This document shows positions 26,011 through 41,150 of a stretch of 64,000 nucleotides of DNA, in pieces. The notes beneath the pieces are model-generated. The model was not told where the DNA came from and did no database searches. It saw only the letters and a program-made list of their open reading frames with translations. Each line of letters starts with the position of its first letter. Positions within the stretch are counted from its first letter, which is position 1. The stretch spans positions 44,642,001-44,706,000 of the forward strand of contig CM097885.1 in assembly GCA_044892525.1 (NCBI GenBank), in the 5' to 3' direction. The position numbers and the translations under genes are program-made. The DNA comes from Schmidtea polychroa. Lineage: Eukaryota.

Positions 26011-26158
26011 AGTAAATCAAAGTCAATTACCTCAAAGTGGAAATTTGAGATTGGACATTAAGTTCCGTAAGGCAACTACTGAACCAGTCCATGTAATAAT
26101 CTATGGGGTTTTTGAAAATGAAATCCAAATTACTGCAAATCGAACTGTACTAGTATAA
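26011..26158 (+). pseudogene. C-terminal about 48 aa of Polinton major capsid protein
   Basis: QSGNLRLDIKFRKATTEPVHVIIYGVFENEIQITANRTV* resembles the Polinton MCP tail (G.LRL...F.......V..I.Y..F...I.I...R.V). Confidence 0.75.
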
Positions 26159-26240
26159 ATAAAGAAAGTTAAAAGATTAAAGTTTTTTATAGAGTAAGAT
26201 TTTTATTTTATAATTTAATTTATTGATTAATTCTATTCAG

Positions 26241-26543
26241 GTGTCTCGAAATGGTACTCAATTATTGTGAAACCAATTTCTTGGAGTTTATCCACTGGAT
26301 AAAATTCCATATTTGAGAAATAATCAAGCCATAATCGTCAATACTCATACATCTAGTTTAGAAGGTGGACATTGGATTGCTGTATATGTGAAGCCAAACC
26401 GCGTATATGCATTCGATCCCTTTGGATATTATTACCCAAATTTATTAATTAGTAAATTGCAAACTATTGGTATATAATCGAACTTGGTATCAAAATCATT
26501 TTCAATTACTTGTGGCCAACATGGCTTTGCATGGTTGTTATAA
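26241..26543 (+). pseudogene. Adenain-like cysteine protease
   Basis: FLGVYPLD, IIVNT, GGHWIA (His), FDPFG (Asp), YQN..SITCG (Cys); stop and frameshifts; candidate intron 26194-26240 upstream. Confidence 0.88.
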
Positions 26544-26583
26544 ATGTATAATTTTGTTTAATAAATGTATTAAATGTCACAAG

Positions 26584-26649
<66 letters not shown>

Positions 26650-26770
26650 TTTCAAAGTATTATTATTATTACTACTATTATTATTATTAATTTTATTAGT
26701 CACATAAAGACATGTCATGTACTTATATTGTATGTCTTTATGTGAGTAGAAATTACTCACTTAATAACAA

Positions 26771-26875
26771 TGACTCATCGATGACTCATTATTTTTAAAC
26801 AAAGACATGAATACGTGTGCGTTAATTTTTTCTATCTTATCGGTATTCTGATTGGATAAACGTTACTTATATAAT
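26771..26875 (+). promoter_or_regulatory. Putative pPolB promoter with TIR-like TGACTCA pair, inverted CCAAT and TATA
   Basis: TGACTCATCGATGACTCATTATTTTTAAACAAAGAC resembles the TIR; CTGATTGG near 26848; TATATAA near 26868; ATG at 26921. Confidence 0.5.
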
Positions 26876-26920
26876 CTATGTTTTTGTAATTCTTTTTCAT
26901 TTAATCAAATATATTTCAAA

Positions 26921-27930
<1,010 letters not shown>

Positions 27931-27933
27931 GCC

Positions 27934-30900
27934 ATGTTGATACAAAATAGACAATTAATGGGAACAGTCAATAGATTAATAGGAATAATAGGTAATAAAA
28001 GACATTTAGAAATTCCCACAGAAATTCCTACAAAAAAGATGAAAGAAATAATAGTCATTACTGATGACGACGATGATGTTGTAAATAGTGAATTTGAAAA
28101 TAGTGATTATGTACCCCAAGTAGGTAGTGGTATAGTCGACGTAGTTTCCGACCTGAATAGTTCCCATGTAATAGTTAAGCTGGATATAACTTCCTTAAAT
28201 TGTAAAATTCTTTCCGTTCCTGACGTTCTCATAGAAAAATTGTTAGAAGTTGTAAATAAAATGAAATCAGTAAAAATTCAATTTTGTATTAAAGTAGAGT
28301 TTGAGAAAATTGATGAATTTCAGTCTTTCATAATCTCAAACTCTGCTCTTGTATGGAGCGATACATTTATTGATGATGGTATCTCTCTTTTAAATGAGAA
28401 AATTAGTAAAATAAATGAAAAGGGAAGTAATTGGACCATCAACAAAATAGAATACATTAGTTTTATTGTGACAAAATATTCAAAGATTAGTAAGTTGATT
28501 GATCGTAAATATATTGAAACCCCGAAAACATTAATCAGGAAAAAATGTATAATAAATGTAAATAATGATGACGAATTTTGTTATCTTTACTCAGTTTTGG
28601 CTCTTGTAAAATATGATAGTACTCCTGATGAATTGCGTCATCTGCCTAGTTCTTATAATCTTTCAGATATGATATATAACCCGGCAGATATGCCAATGAA
28701 ATTATAAAATATCTCGAAATTTGAACGACAAAACCTAGGTTATTCAATCAATGTTTTAAGTTACGACGAAGCTGGGTTAATTTCGGGGCCCATCATGAAA
28801 CTTCCTTTTATAGATATAATTTATCGCAGTAAAATAGTAGGAGGTATTTGTCTAAATTTGTTATTATTACAGAACCGGAAAACCTACCATTACGTCGCTA
28901 TATCTGATTTAAACATCTTTCTTAATTGCCGAAATTCATCAATGAGTTCTGTTCGTATTTACTGTAAGTAGTGTCCTAGATGTCTGAATGGATGTTATGT
29001 CTGAATGGATTTTATTTATGCCGATTTTGAGGCAATCCTTCCTAAGGATTCTAAATATTATCAGAAACATTTACCCATTTCGGCTGAACTTTTATGTATA
29101 AATAATTATACAGGCGCAAAATTTTATAAATCATTCATAGGCCTTTCTTGTATAGACGAATTTTTAAAAGAAATTAATGATATCGCAAAAATATTGTAAC
29201 TCCCTATTATTATAAAAATAAAAATAAGAAAATGATATTCACAGAAAATGATCAAATTAATTTTTTAATAACAGCACAAACTGTCATTTGTGTAAAAAAT
29301 TATTAGTTAATCCAGTCAGGGATCATGATCACTTTACCGGTCAATTCCTTGGTGCTGCTTGCAACACTTGTAATCTTTCCAGGAAAATATACCACACATT
29401 ACCTGTAGTCTTTCATAATTTGAGAGGGTATGATCTCCATCATATCCTCAAATTTGGCTTAGCTAAATATAAGTCCTGGAATATTTCTTGTATACCGGTG
29501 ACAAGTGAAAAATATTTATCTCTTTTTGTGCATATTGATTCCCTGACTGTGAAATTTATAGATTCTTGTCAGTTTGTAAATTCGTCTTTAACAGTAAAGG
29601 GATTTTCCCTTATGATGTAGCAACTTCACTTGATGTATTAAGATCAACATTAGAATTACCCCCTAAATGGAGTGATGTATCCTATGATGAATACAATAAA
29701 GCAAAACTAATCTGGCAAGAGACATCATGTTATTCTCTTTTGGATTATATGATGGTCTATTTGAAATTAGATGTATTTCTGTTGGCTGACTTTTTTCAGC
29801 AATTCCGAGCTAAGAGTATTGCTCATAATAGGCTTGAGCCTTTGAATTTTCTAGGTATCCCCAGTCTTTCTTGGAGTTTTGCTTTGTTAAGTCTTGATAA
29901 GCCGATTGAGCTACTCACCGACATGGAAATGTATAATTTCTTTGAAAGTGGGATTAGAGGTGGGATAACGTTTGTGAATAAACATTTTGTTAGTAGTGAT
30001 GAAAATACAGAGTTGTTATATATTGACATCAACAACCTGTATGGATGGGCTTTATCACAAAAGCTTCCCGACAGTGGTTTTGAATGGGTGATGATGACAT
30101 TGCTTTAAAGAGATTATTAATTGAATGCACAACGACAGATTTAAATCAACTTGATTATGGCTATACTATAGAAGTAGATTTAAAAATACCGAAATCTATC
30201 CATGACAAACTAGATGATTTTTCGGTAGCTCCTGGTAAGATGTGCCTACCTTTTTCTAAAGTTGAGAAGTTGCTACTTACACACGATCCGAAAACACACT
30301 ATGTTCTCCATTGGCGACTTCTTCAAATCTTTCTACAGTTAGGTGTTGTTGTTACCAAGGTACATAGGGGTATTAGGTATACATAAAGCACTGTCTTCAA
30401 GAAATACATAGATACCAACACACGATTACAAGCCGCATCCATAACACCGCTCGATAAAGACTATTACAAGTTGCTCAATAACAGTTTGTATGGAAAAACT
30501 GTTGAGAACTTGAAAAAACGTATCAACTTATGACCGTGCCATTCCGCACAAAAACTTATTACATATGCCTCAAAACTGGCATTTAAGAAATCTAATAGGA
30601 TATACGATGATTTGATTTCGGTTTTGCTTAGAAAAGAGTCTGTATGTTTAGATAGGCCCAGCTACATCGAGCAAACTGTACTTGATCTTTCTAAAGTGAG
30701 AATGTATCAGTTGCAGTATAATGAATTGCAAAAATATCGCGATGAGTTTAACTCTCAAATTAATATAGTAGCTAGTGATACAGACTCTTTCTTTTTGGAT
30801 ATTAAACATTGTAGTATTGACATTCTCTTACCTGCCATGATTCGTGACTCCTTGCTTGACACATCTAATTATAATCCACAACATATTTTATATAGTAGAA

Positions 30901-31289
30901 CACTAGATTCGGTCATTGGAAAATTCAAAGACGAGAATAAAGGATTGAGATATAAGGAGTGGGTGTTTCTTCGTCCCAAGTGTTACAGATTATTAGGTGA
31001 TAAAGAATCTCTTAAAGCAAAATCTGTCACGTTGAAAGATACTGGCTTAAATCACAATTCCTACCGTGATTGTTATTTTAACAATAAGGTTTACTCTGTG
31101 CCACAATTCCGCATTGCTTCCAAAAATCATCAATTGTACAGCATAAAAAACATTAAGAAGGCACTGATAAATAGAGATGACAAGCGGTATTGGAAATCGA
31201 AAAACAAGAGTTTGGGATATGGACATTATCGGGTAGGGGACACTTTTATATATGATGATAACGACAATTGTGATGGACAAGATTACTGA
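27934..31289 (+). pseudogene. Protein-primed family B DNA polymerase with EndoVII-like Zn-finger insert
   Basis: YADFE (ExoI), CHLC..RDHDHFTG..GAACNTCN, FHNLRGYD (ExoII), YLKLDV (ExoIII), YIDINNLYG (A), KLLNNSLYGK (B), DTDS (C), RPKCY; many stops and frameshifts. Confidence 0.95.
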
Positions 31290-31471
31290 TCATTTCTGTA
31301 ATTATTATTATTATTATTATAATTAGTATTTTTATTATTATTAGTTGTCAATGAAACCAAGATTGTAAGAAACAATCAATGCAATCGAAATTTGTAAAAA
31401 AGACAATCTAAGATTGTAAATTTGTAATTTGAATATATTTTGTTGATTATTTTATTTTTCTAAGTATTATT

Positions 31472-31617
<146 letters not shown>

Positions 31618-31726
31618 TTATACCCTTTGACCTTGGACTATCATACTCACATTTGTATTACCTTTTGTTTGATATGTATATTATAAGGTTTCTAAAATTT
31701 GAACCTTGGACCATCATACTTCTCTT

Positions 31727-32184
31727 TGTATTACATTTTTTTTGATATGTATATATATGGTTTGAAAGGTTTTTGACCCCTTGGAGGTCTAGGACCTTTG
31801 AAAGTATGACCATTATACTTACATCTCAAATACCTCTTGTTTGATATGTATATTATAAGGTTTAAAAATTTTTGAACCTTCGACCCTTTGAACCTTTGAC
31901 CTTCGAACTCACTATCAAAAGTCCTTTTGAATGATATATATATATATTCGTTTTTGTTTAAAAATAATGAGTCATATGTACTTTAATGACCTAGATGAGT
32001 CATCGATGACGTCACGTCACCTTGTTACTAAAAATAGAATGACCTTGATGAGACATGGCTTAGTCACATGACTTTGATGAGTCATCGATGAGTCATATGT
32101 CTTTATTTAGCGATGAGTCATCGCTGGGGGTAGTGCAAAAAATGACAAAGAAACGATGAGTCATGGAGCACACTTCTCTCTACT
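31727..32184 (-). repeat. Polinton right TIR
   Basis: Reverse complement of the left TIR; ends ...CTCTCTACT followed by CTCTTA. Confidence 0.9.
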
Positions 32185-34817
32185 CTCTTAATTTATTCAA
32201 TTTTTTCGGAAATATTGTAAAATTATGTGATCATATCAATTATATGTGGAGACAAAATCTAAGTATAGAAAAGAATTGCTAAAACCTAAAGCGTATAAAT
32301 ATAATAAATTCAAGTGAAATCCTGTCTGAAAGCCGTTTATTTATCAATTAGATTCTAAATAGAAGAAAAGAAAGCGGAGTCGAAATTGAAGTCTTTATTA
32401 ATTGTCAAATTTATTAAATAATTAGACAAATAAATTAATTTGTCTAAGTTTCCTTTTTTAGGAAAAATTTAGGAAAGAATTTTCATATATGGTAAAAGAA
32501 ATTTTTTAATAATTTGTAATAGTAAACAATTAAAACTCACGAATTCCTTCTTTCAATTTTCCTAAAGAAAAGGTTGGAAAATTTCAACCGCATGTGCATT
32601 TTATTGTTTTTTTCATGTGATAATTTTATTATAGAAATTGTGGGTGCCGTGCATTTCTTATGTTCTGATCTGGTGGATAGATTATTCCTAACACTCCAAA
32701 GATATATATAAAATATAAAATATGTGCGTGTAGATAAATAAATAATTTAATATGGATTAATCAAGACGTTTATTTCTAAAAGATTTATTGATTATGAAAA
32801 AATAAATATACAATTAGTAACTATTGTGTTTCCCAAAAATGCCGCTCAAATCTAAGTAAAGAAATCGGTTATTCGAACCGTCCTCAGATATAAGAAACAA
32901 ATGATGGATCTAATTGCTCTCAGCACTGTATTTGAAGTTAGGAACAAAATGGAGGGATTTCCGAAAATTTTCGCGATCGTCTAGATCGAGATTGATCTAG
33001 CGTTTCCTAATAATTTACCCTCTTGATAATTTAAATCCAACGAGAAAGTTAGACAGAAATACTGCTTCTCGTGGTCGGGATGTGCAATTTAAAGTAAGAA
33101 ATTCAAATAACTCTATGACTAAGAATTCTATGTTCTTTTCTGGGGTACTGTAAGCTTATATAGCTTTTAGTTTTCGTTAAATATTTTGTCTAAGCAAATA
33201 TTGCTTGAGCAAAAATTGTCTGATTTAATGACTGCTTAAATATCAAATTTCCTGGTGGCAGCTGTAGACTCAACTATCTCTTTCTATTATTCTCCCGACT
33301 AATCTTTTTGCGACAGCTCTTCGAAATTTCCTTTTCTGACAATGGCTTATAATCAATATTGATTAAGCCCCAATACAAAATTATTGACAAATGGCTATTA
33401 ATATCTATTGATTTTTAGCTATAATTGTTATTCTCTCTTTTGACTAAATTTTTCAACTATTTATATTTTAGTAATTATATATTTCTATTAATATATAAAT
33501 TTATTTATAAATTACTTATTATAGTATTCTACTTGTATTTAATATTTATAGTAATTATTTATTATTCTAACCTATTTTTAGTAATTATCAATTATTTATA
33601 TATTTATTCTTATTAATATCCTAACCCTAGTCCCTATATGGCTATCATAATTGCTCTCAGAACGAGCCATACACCAACACATGTATGTTTCATTATTTTT
33701 CAACTCTATTTTGAAATCTGTAATACATTAACGCCCAATCGATAAAACTTTTTCTAAACATGAATTACACCTTATTAACCCTTTAAGAACTAAAACTGTT
33801 TACAGACTGTCATCATAAAAACTCCATTCAATTCAAATCAAAACATTTTTGCGTTTCAATCAGTAAGAAAGTCTTTCTTCTGTAAAACTCACTACCACAA
33901 CTTTCAGGTTTGAACACGATCAAACACATGGTTTGCTTGTAACGGTCAAAGATTATTATTACGACAAAATTCCTCGTAATTCTATTTCAGTGGTTTATGG
34001 GTTAATAGCGATTTTGGTAAGTATGTATATAATCTATTTTATTTTATTTTGTAATTTGTTTTTATAATAACATTAAAATTTTGAGATAATTAAAAATTAA
34101 ATTTTATTTTATCATTTTAATGAAAATCTTTTCAGAAAATTGACAGATTTTTAACAATAAAACCCAAATATTTATTTGAATAAGTATGTCTGCATCTTTT
34201 CAATAACTAAACATTTTGTTTAGATTGGCCTTTGGCCTAGGCCAAAGGCTAGACAAAATTCTTTAAAAAATGTAAACAAACTTAGAAATGTCTATGACTT
34301 TTTATATAGAATATTTGGTGATAGGAAAACATCATAAATAACTTCATATTGTCCAGATTCTATACAAATGATGATTACAGATAAAATTGCCAACAACTTT
34401 ACGTTCTACTTTCATATTTTTGTTTTATATTTTAGGGACATGAAGGTTTGAAAAATTAAGACTTTGCTTTACAAATTATTTGAAATTGGTGAGGCTGATC
34501 TTAAAAAGAAGAAATTGTTTCATTAACCTGCCAAGTAATATTATAAAATTTTACTATTTTAGGTTTTCTTGATAATCTTTGAAAATATGTGATAAATACA
34601 AGGGATTTGCGATCTTATTTTAATTCTAAAAAATTAACAATTTATATAATTAGAAAATATCAGTTCTATTTTTTGTAAAATTTGGCGATTCTGTAAATTT
34701 ATAAAAGATAAATAATTTATTTAGATATTTGATAAAATTTTGTTATTAATGATGCAACTTGCGTTATACATTCTGTGGTAATAAAAGGATTTTTTTTGGA
34801 AAACTATAATTATATAA

Positions 34818-35527
34818 CAAGGGTGGGCACGCATGGGTTCAATAAGAGCAATTTTCCGAAAATTTATTTTTTACAGAGGTACCATAGTAAAGTACATATT
34901 TTTTTTATTTCATTAATTTGATTAAAGAGACTTAAACGCTATTAAAAAAAACAAAATAATTATTTCAAACATTAAGTAACAAACATAAAAATCCATTAAT
35001 AAAAAGTAATAAAATTTCTTGAATTAACGAAGACTTTTGGTCAAATCTTTGAAATTTGGTGTATACTTTGTTAAAGCTGTTCGCAGCAATTCTGTAAGAT
35101 GCTGATTGGTCAACTGTGAACGATATTTCGACTTTACGAACTTCATTGTGGAGTACAAAGATTCACAACAATATGTTGTACCAAAAATTGAAATTAGACG
35201 GCAAGCAGCTTGTTTTAAGTGTGGATATTTTGCCTCTGGTACGAGTTTCCAAAATTCAACTATAGAAGTAGATTTATGGTGCATTTGCAAAGCCTGGTCC
35301 TCTTTCATATCTAATAACTCCAATTCCCCAACCGCTTTTTTAACAAGTATTACTTCAGAAATTGGAAATCCATCTTCAATAATATCACAAATAAATGGGT
35401 TCACAAAAAATGCAAATGTAGATTTATAAAATCGAATTCGATTATCAAGAATTCAATTATCAATGAGCCGCAGTTTACTCAACGAAGAGCCGCATGCGGC
35501 TCTAAGAGCCGCATTTGCCCACCGTTG
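34818..35527 (-). mobile_element. Non-autonomous Buster/Charlie-type hAT
   Basis: CAAGGGTGGGCA...TGCCCACCGTTG TIRs; 8-bp TSD TTATATAA; ORF FGTTYCCESLYSTMKFVKSKYRSQLT. Confidence 0.9.
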
Positions 35528-36339
35528 TTATATAATGTTTAAATTAAAATCTAATAAAGTTATATTTACCTCTTTGTTATGCTTATGACAAGAAAAAAAT
35601 TTAAACTAAATCAACTATCGAAGTTTTTATATAGTATTATAGGCTATACTTCGCAACCAACCATAAAAAATAGACTTTATATTGTTGCTAATAGGAAAAA
35701 TTAACCGAAAAACCTAAATTATACTTGTGCAGTTTCGGTTGTGGTTTTGTTACTCACAAACCGGCATTTTCGGTTTCGGTTTAAACCGTTTCAGAAACCC
35801 TAGATGCAAGGCATTTGAAATTAATTCAAAATTAATTCAAAAATTAAAATTGTTTTAATTCAGTTTTATAGGATATGAAATTAAAAATTTCAAGATAAAT
35901 GGAAATCGTATATTTGAAGAATTTTCAATTTCTTTACAAATTTATTTGCCTAACATAAAATCCAAATTATATAGGTGGAACTTATTAAATCACCTCTCTC
36001 AATTTCAGGAATACATCGAAAACAAATTAAATAAGAGATCTCGTCATCCTACATGGCACAATTCTAAGTTTTTCAAAACCATATTAAAATGTCTTTATTA
36101 AATCAGCTCATGAACCTCAAGCACTATTCATCAACATGCAGTTTCCAGAAATCTAAAACGTTTGTATATACTCCTTTAAATATTTTCTAATTCAAATGAA
36201 AAATTTATCTTTTATTTTAAAAGTAATTTTTCTTGTGTAATAAATAAACTAAGATTGGTTGACTAGTACTTAATAATGACTACAAATCTTATTGGTTAAT
36301 AATTTTATTGGTCTATTACACCTAATTCCAGATGTTAAA

Positions 36340-37810
36340 AGTCTCTATAATACATGTTGGTGTGTTCATCAGTTGATGACTCACCATTTATGAGAGAGTT
36401 TATTTCATTTTTTCATTTTTTCATTTTCAATTCAATTTTATTTATGGCTTTAGAAGTAAGTTTTTTAAATTTAAGTATATTTTAAGGCTTGAATTTTGAT
36501 TTCATATAATAATGAAATTATTCAAGCTCTTAAATATTACTTGTAATCAGCATTTATAATATATTGATAAATAAATTTCAGGTGCTTTTTTAGGTATTTT
36601 ATGATATGTTATGAATTTGGAATTATTTCAATAAAATGTAAGTTATATATATTTTTAACTAAAAAGAAATAAAATAATCACCAAACACATTTATTTTTTT
36701 AAGAAATAATGGTTCCAATCGATTTTTTGTAGATTCCCAGTAATCTTCCAAAATCTTTATAATTTTCTCCATTTTCATATGCATTGATGAGACGGATTTT
36801 GTCATTTTCTGAAATTCTTTGAAAATATTATTTTTTTAAAATAAGTTATTAAAATTTACGATTTTCGAATTTTTTTCTTCAATTCCAAAGATGTCGATGG
36901 AACTTGTTGAATATCTTCACACAAAGGCGTTTGACTAGAAATATCTGATATGCTGTAGAATATTTTAATTATTTGTAATTAAATAAAAAAATTCTTACAT
37001 TGTCAGATCTTCACCTTCGCAAAATGGAAATGTCTCCAAAGAAATATCTGAAAATCTAAAGAAATATTAACTTCAAAAATATTTTATAAATAGATCTTAC
37101 GATGTTTTGTCGTTCATTTCTCGAAAACTCAAAGTTGAGTTGTCAGATTCAAAATCCAAATTTTTTTCAGCCATGAATTTTAATAATTTTAAATTAATGA
37201 TATGTTAACAATATGTTAATGACTCTACTTTCGGAATAAAAAAAAGCTATATTAAATTTGCGTGTATTTTATATTATGTGTGCTGTGTTTGTATGTAAAA
37301 TTATTTTTCTGTCACTTTCTCAATTCCTATAATAAAACTTTTAACATTCGGAACATTAAATTTTTGCACACAGGTAAGTATGTGTGTTGCTATAATATAA
37401 TTTTATCGATTTTTTTTCTAGATTATAGAAACTTTTATATTGTGGATTTAGGTGTATTATCGGATTAGTGATACACCTAATTTTAATGAATAAAAGTTTT
37501 TATAATACACGTTGGTGTCTACACCAATTGTAGATGACTCACCATTTATGAGAAATTCAAGGTAATTTATTTATTTTTAGAAAAGGCTTTAAATTTAGGT
37601 TTTTAATTTTAAGTAAATTTTAAGGCTTGAAAATTGATTTTATATAATTATGAGATCATTATTCAAGTTCTTAAATATTACTTTTAGTCAAGATTTATAT
37701 TATAAATTATTTGTAATTACTTTTCAGCTTTTTTTAAAAGAATTTATGCATAAAATTTATTTTAGGTTTATTTTTGAATTATTTCGATATAATGTAAGTT
37801 AGATCAATTT
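36340..37810. repeat. Unclassified dispersed repeat, copy B plus repeated terminal segment
   Basis: Inverted similarity to 13440-14370; TATAATACA(T/C)GTTGGTGT..GATGACTCACCATTTATGAG at about 36345 and 37500. Confidence 0.7.
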
Positions 37811-37904
37811 GAGAAAAATTTGTATTATTATATCTTAATAATATTGTTTTGAATAATAATGTTAATAGTGGCTTTATAATAATATTAATAATAATAATAA
37901 TAAT

Positions 37905-39482
37905 CATGGGCGTCCGCAGGAATTTTTCCAAGGGGGTTAGCAAAAAAAAACAGAGTAGAGAACTTCTACATATTGATGTATTACTTAAACATACAACAAT
38001 TAGTATCATTTAAATTCTTGTTATGCTCATTTACGAAAAAAATTGTTACTATATACAATCAGATTAATAAGAGTATATTGATGACTTCAATTGAAGGCAA
38101 TTTTTTGTTGAAACATTAATGTGATTTTAGGAATAAACAGAATCAAAAAACGTAAAAAAAAGTTCTTTGTTGTATATTTTCCATTAATATTTATGTAATT
38201 ATAAAACAAAATTACAGAATTATTCATAAATATTACTTTTTTGAAAAGAAACTGCAAACTTCTGTGATCTTGACCAAATTTATTGATCACTTTGTCCATT
38301 ATTTTTCGCTTTTATATTGTCATTGATTCTGTCACGAAAAACACTCATCATACAAAGGTCAGAAAGTCTACTTTCACACATTGTTGACCTTAGCCACGTT
38401 TTTACTCTTCTCAGTGTGCTAAAAGTTCTTTCAACAGTGCAAGTTGACTCTGGCAAAGTTAAAGCAATAAGAACTTCTTTCTTCATAGCTGGAAAAAGGT
38501 CTGTGAATTGTAATAAATCCATTATTCCATCGCGACTTTTGATTTCAAAATCCAACTTTTTATTTGACCACATCTCAAACCAAGTGCTTGCCTCAGCATC
38601 AAAGTTTTCAATTTGATACTTCATTATGATGTTTTCTTGGTGAGTTTTAAATTCATCCTTTGATAGTTTCAACATTTCAATTGGGTGAAGTGAAAATAGA
38701 CTAAAATTGATTTTGTTCATATCATTGAATCTGCTCTCTAACGATGAGATGATTAAATCCAAGTATGGTATAAAGACAGATCTTCAAAAGTATTCTTCAA
38801 CAGTTGAACCACCATTATTTGAACGGTGTGTTTGCCTCCCACATTGTCTGGGAATTGTCAACTGGATGTTTAATTGTTCTGCCAATTTCTCACTTTGAGA
38901 AATAATGGTCTTAAAAAACTCTTCGGCATTTTGTCTGTGCTGGATTTAGCTCCATTCTCTTTTATCAAAACTGACAAACCTTTCATCTTTATTTTCTCAA
39001 GTAAAATAATATTGTTCGACAAACACTTCAAAAAATGCAAAAGAAATGAAAAAAAATATTGATCTATAGTCGAAAATGAAGATACATAATTTGAATTTAA
39101 AAATAATCAATCATTAAAGGATTTATTGATAATTATTAAGCTTTACAATTTGTCGATAAGTTCCTTTATTATTTTCATTATTAATCAATTTATTTATAAA
39201 TCAATATTTGAGTAAAATAAATTATTATTTTCATTATTAATCAATTTATTTATAAATCAATATTTGAGTAAAATAAATAAAAAACAGTGTTTATATTAAA
39301 AACAAACAGGAAGCCTCTTTAAATTAAATATTTTTATTAATTTTTTTTGTCTCGGATTTTTCAAACATTGTTTGAGCGCGTCTATTAAAATGTGTTTAAA
39401 TTTATCGAAAAATAGAATGGTTTAGGAAATCCAGGGGGTGAGGGCAAGCGCCGCCTCTTGCACCGCCTTGCGGACGCCCATG
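37905..39482 (-). mobile_element. Internally deleted hAT inserted in an (AAT)n tract
   Basis: CATGGGCGTCCGCA ... TGCGGACGCCCATG TIRs; TSD ATAATAAT/ATAATGAT; ORF LPESTCTVERTFSTLRRVKTWLRSTM. Confidence 0.9.
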
Positions 39483-39488
39483 ATAATG

Positions 39489-39589
<101 letters not shown>

Positions 39590-39699
39590 CATAATTATAA
39601 TAATATTAGTCTTTGTTAATCAAAAAAGAAAATCATATTAATACATTTATTAAATTTATAAAATAATTCAAATTAAATAATTGAAATTTAAATATTATT

Positions 39700-41150
39700 G
39701 AATTGTTTGTAGAGTTTGATGATTCTAATTTCGGTTGTACAGGTTGATGAGAAATTTTTCGATGTTCTTTTATACAAGTTTTAAATTTTTTAAATCAATT
39801 TTGATATTGGTATTTGATATTTTCATATATATTCGTACCAACTTTTATCAGAGTTTCACATGTCAATTCAAATCTAGTTTCCGAATTTCTCATTTCTTTC
39901 TCATAGTCGTGCCACCGAGGTCTATCTAACATATCCAAAAGATTCAAAAGCACGCAGTATCTGTAACATCTGGTTTCATATTTGTTCTTAAAAATATATA
40001 ACAACTGTTTTATTTCCAATTATTTTCTTTTGCAATATATTTCAAATATTGAACTGATTTCTAAAACTAATAATAACATTTTCAATTCATATTAAGGTAA
40101 TAGTTCTTGTTTATAACTAAAACCTTGCACATACATTTGTGTTACATTTTGATTAAGAGTATACCTGCGCCGTATACTCTTAATACATTGGATCATCACA
40201 ATAAACATTTGGATACTCTGATAAAAACCCTTTGAAATACGCCATTGATTGCCGAAATACCTTGTCAGGAACTCTCTACTTTTAAAGTCGATTTGACCTG
40301 CATAATTTTTATAAAGATTTTAGAGTATGTATATATTAAAATTAGTATTTATTTGGTCCAGCGGTAGCTAATCCATCTAATTTTGTCAAAATGAAAATAA
40401 ATGAAATATCATTAAAAATACAAATCAAATGTGACCAAAAAAATTAAGAATTTTACTAATAAGAATTTTACTAACTGCAAAGTCTAAATTTTTATCTTGC
40501 AACTTTAATATTATTATTTGTATAATATCCTTTTGTATCGTAATGTTTCCATCAACTTGAAATCTTTGAAAGGTTAAAATATTTCAAAGGTTTTATCTTT
40601 CGCATATAGATAGTGAATCATATAATGAGTATGACAATACTAATTAAACCTTCTAAAATCTTAAATGGATTTGAAAGTTTGTTGGACCAAAAGTGCTAAA
40701 CTAAACTAATGTTTTGGAGTAGCCTAAAGAGTTCACATAATTTTTATGAATAATTTCCAAATATTTACGTTATCCTTATATTTTGATGACATCATCATAT
40801 AACTCTCCGCCAATTGAGTACTCTAAAACTTTTTCACATTAAAATCATTTCAAGAGAAGTGCGTGATTTTCTATCCAAAGAGATAAATTCTAACTATTAA
40901 TCATTGCCCTTGGGATAGCTAATAGTATTAACTTTTTTAGGTTGCTTACTATCAGAAACATCCAAGTATTTTCATCCTTATATTTTCCCTTATCTTATAC
41001 GCATTTCGGTAAAAACATTAATAATCTTTTTATTACAATAAACATAAATAGTACTCTATCATTGACCGTATTGAAGATAAAGAAAACTAGTAAAGCATTC
41101 ATCCTAATAAGGAAACTTACTTCAGCCTCTTGTAAAAAAATAATTTAGAT
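39700..41150 (-). mobile_element. Possible highly decayed Penelope-like retroelement
   Basis: Fragments INGVFQRVFIRVSKCLCDD (thumb-like) and GYVR*TSVARL*ER (GIY-YIG-like); RT core not seen. Confidence 0.3.
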
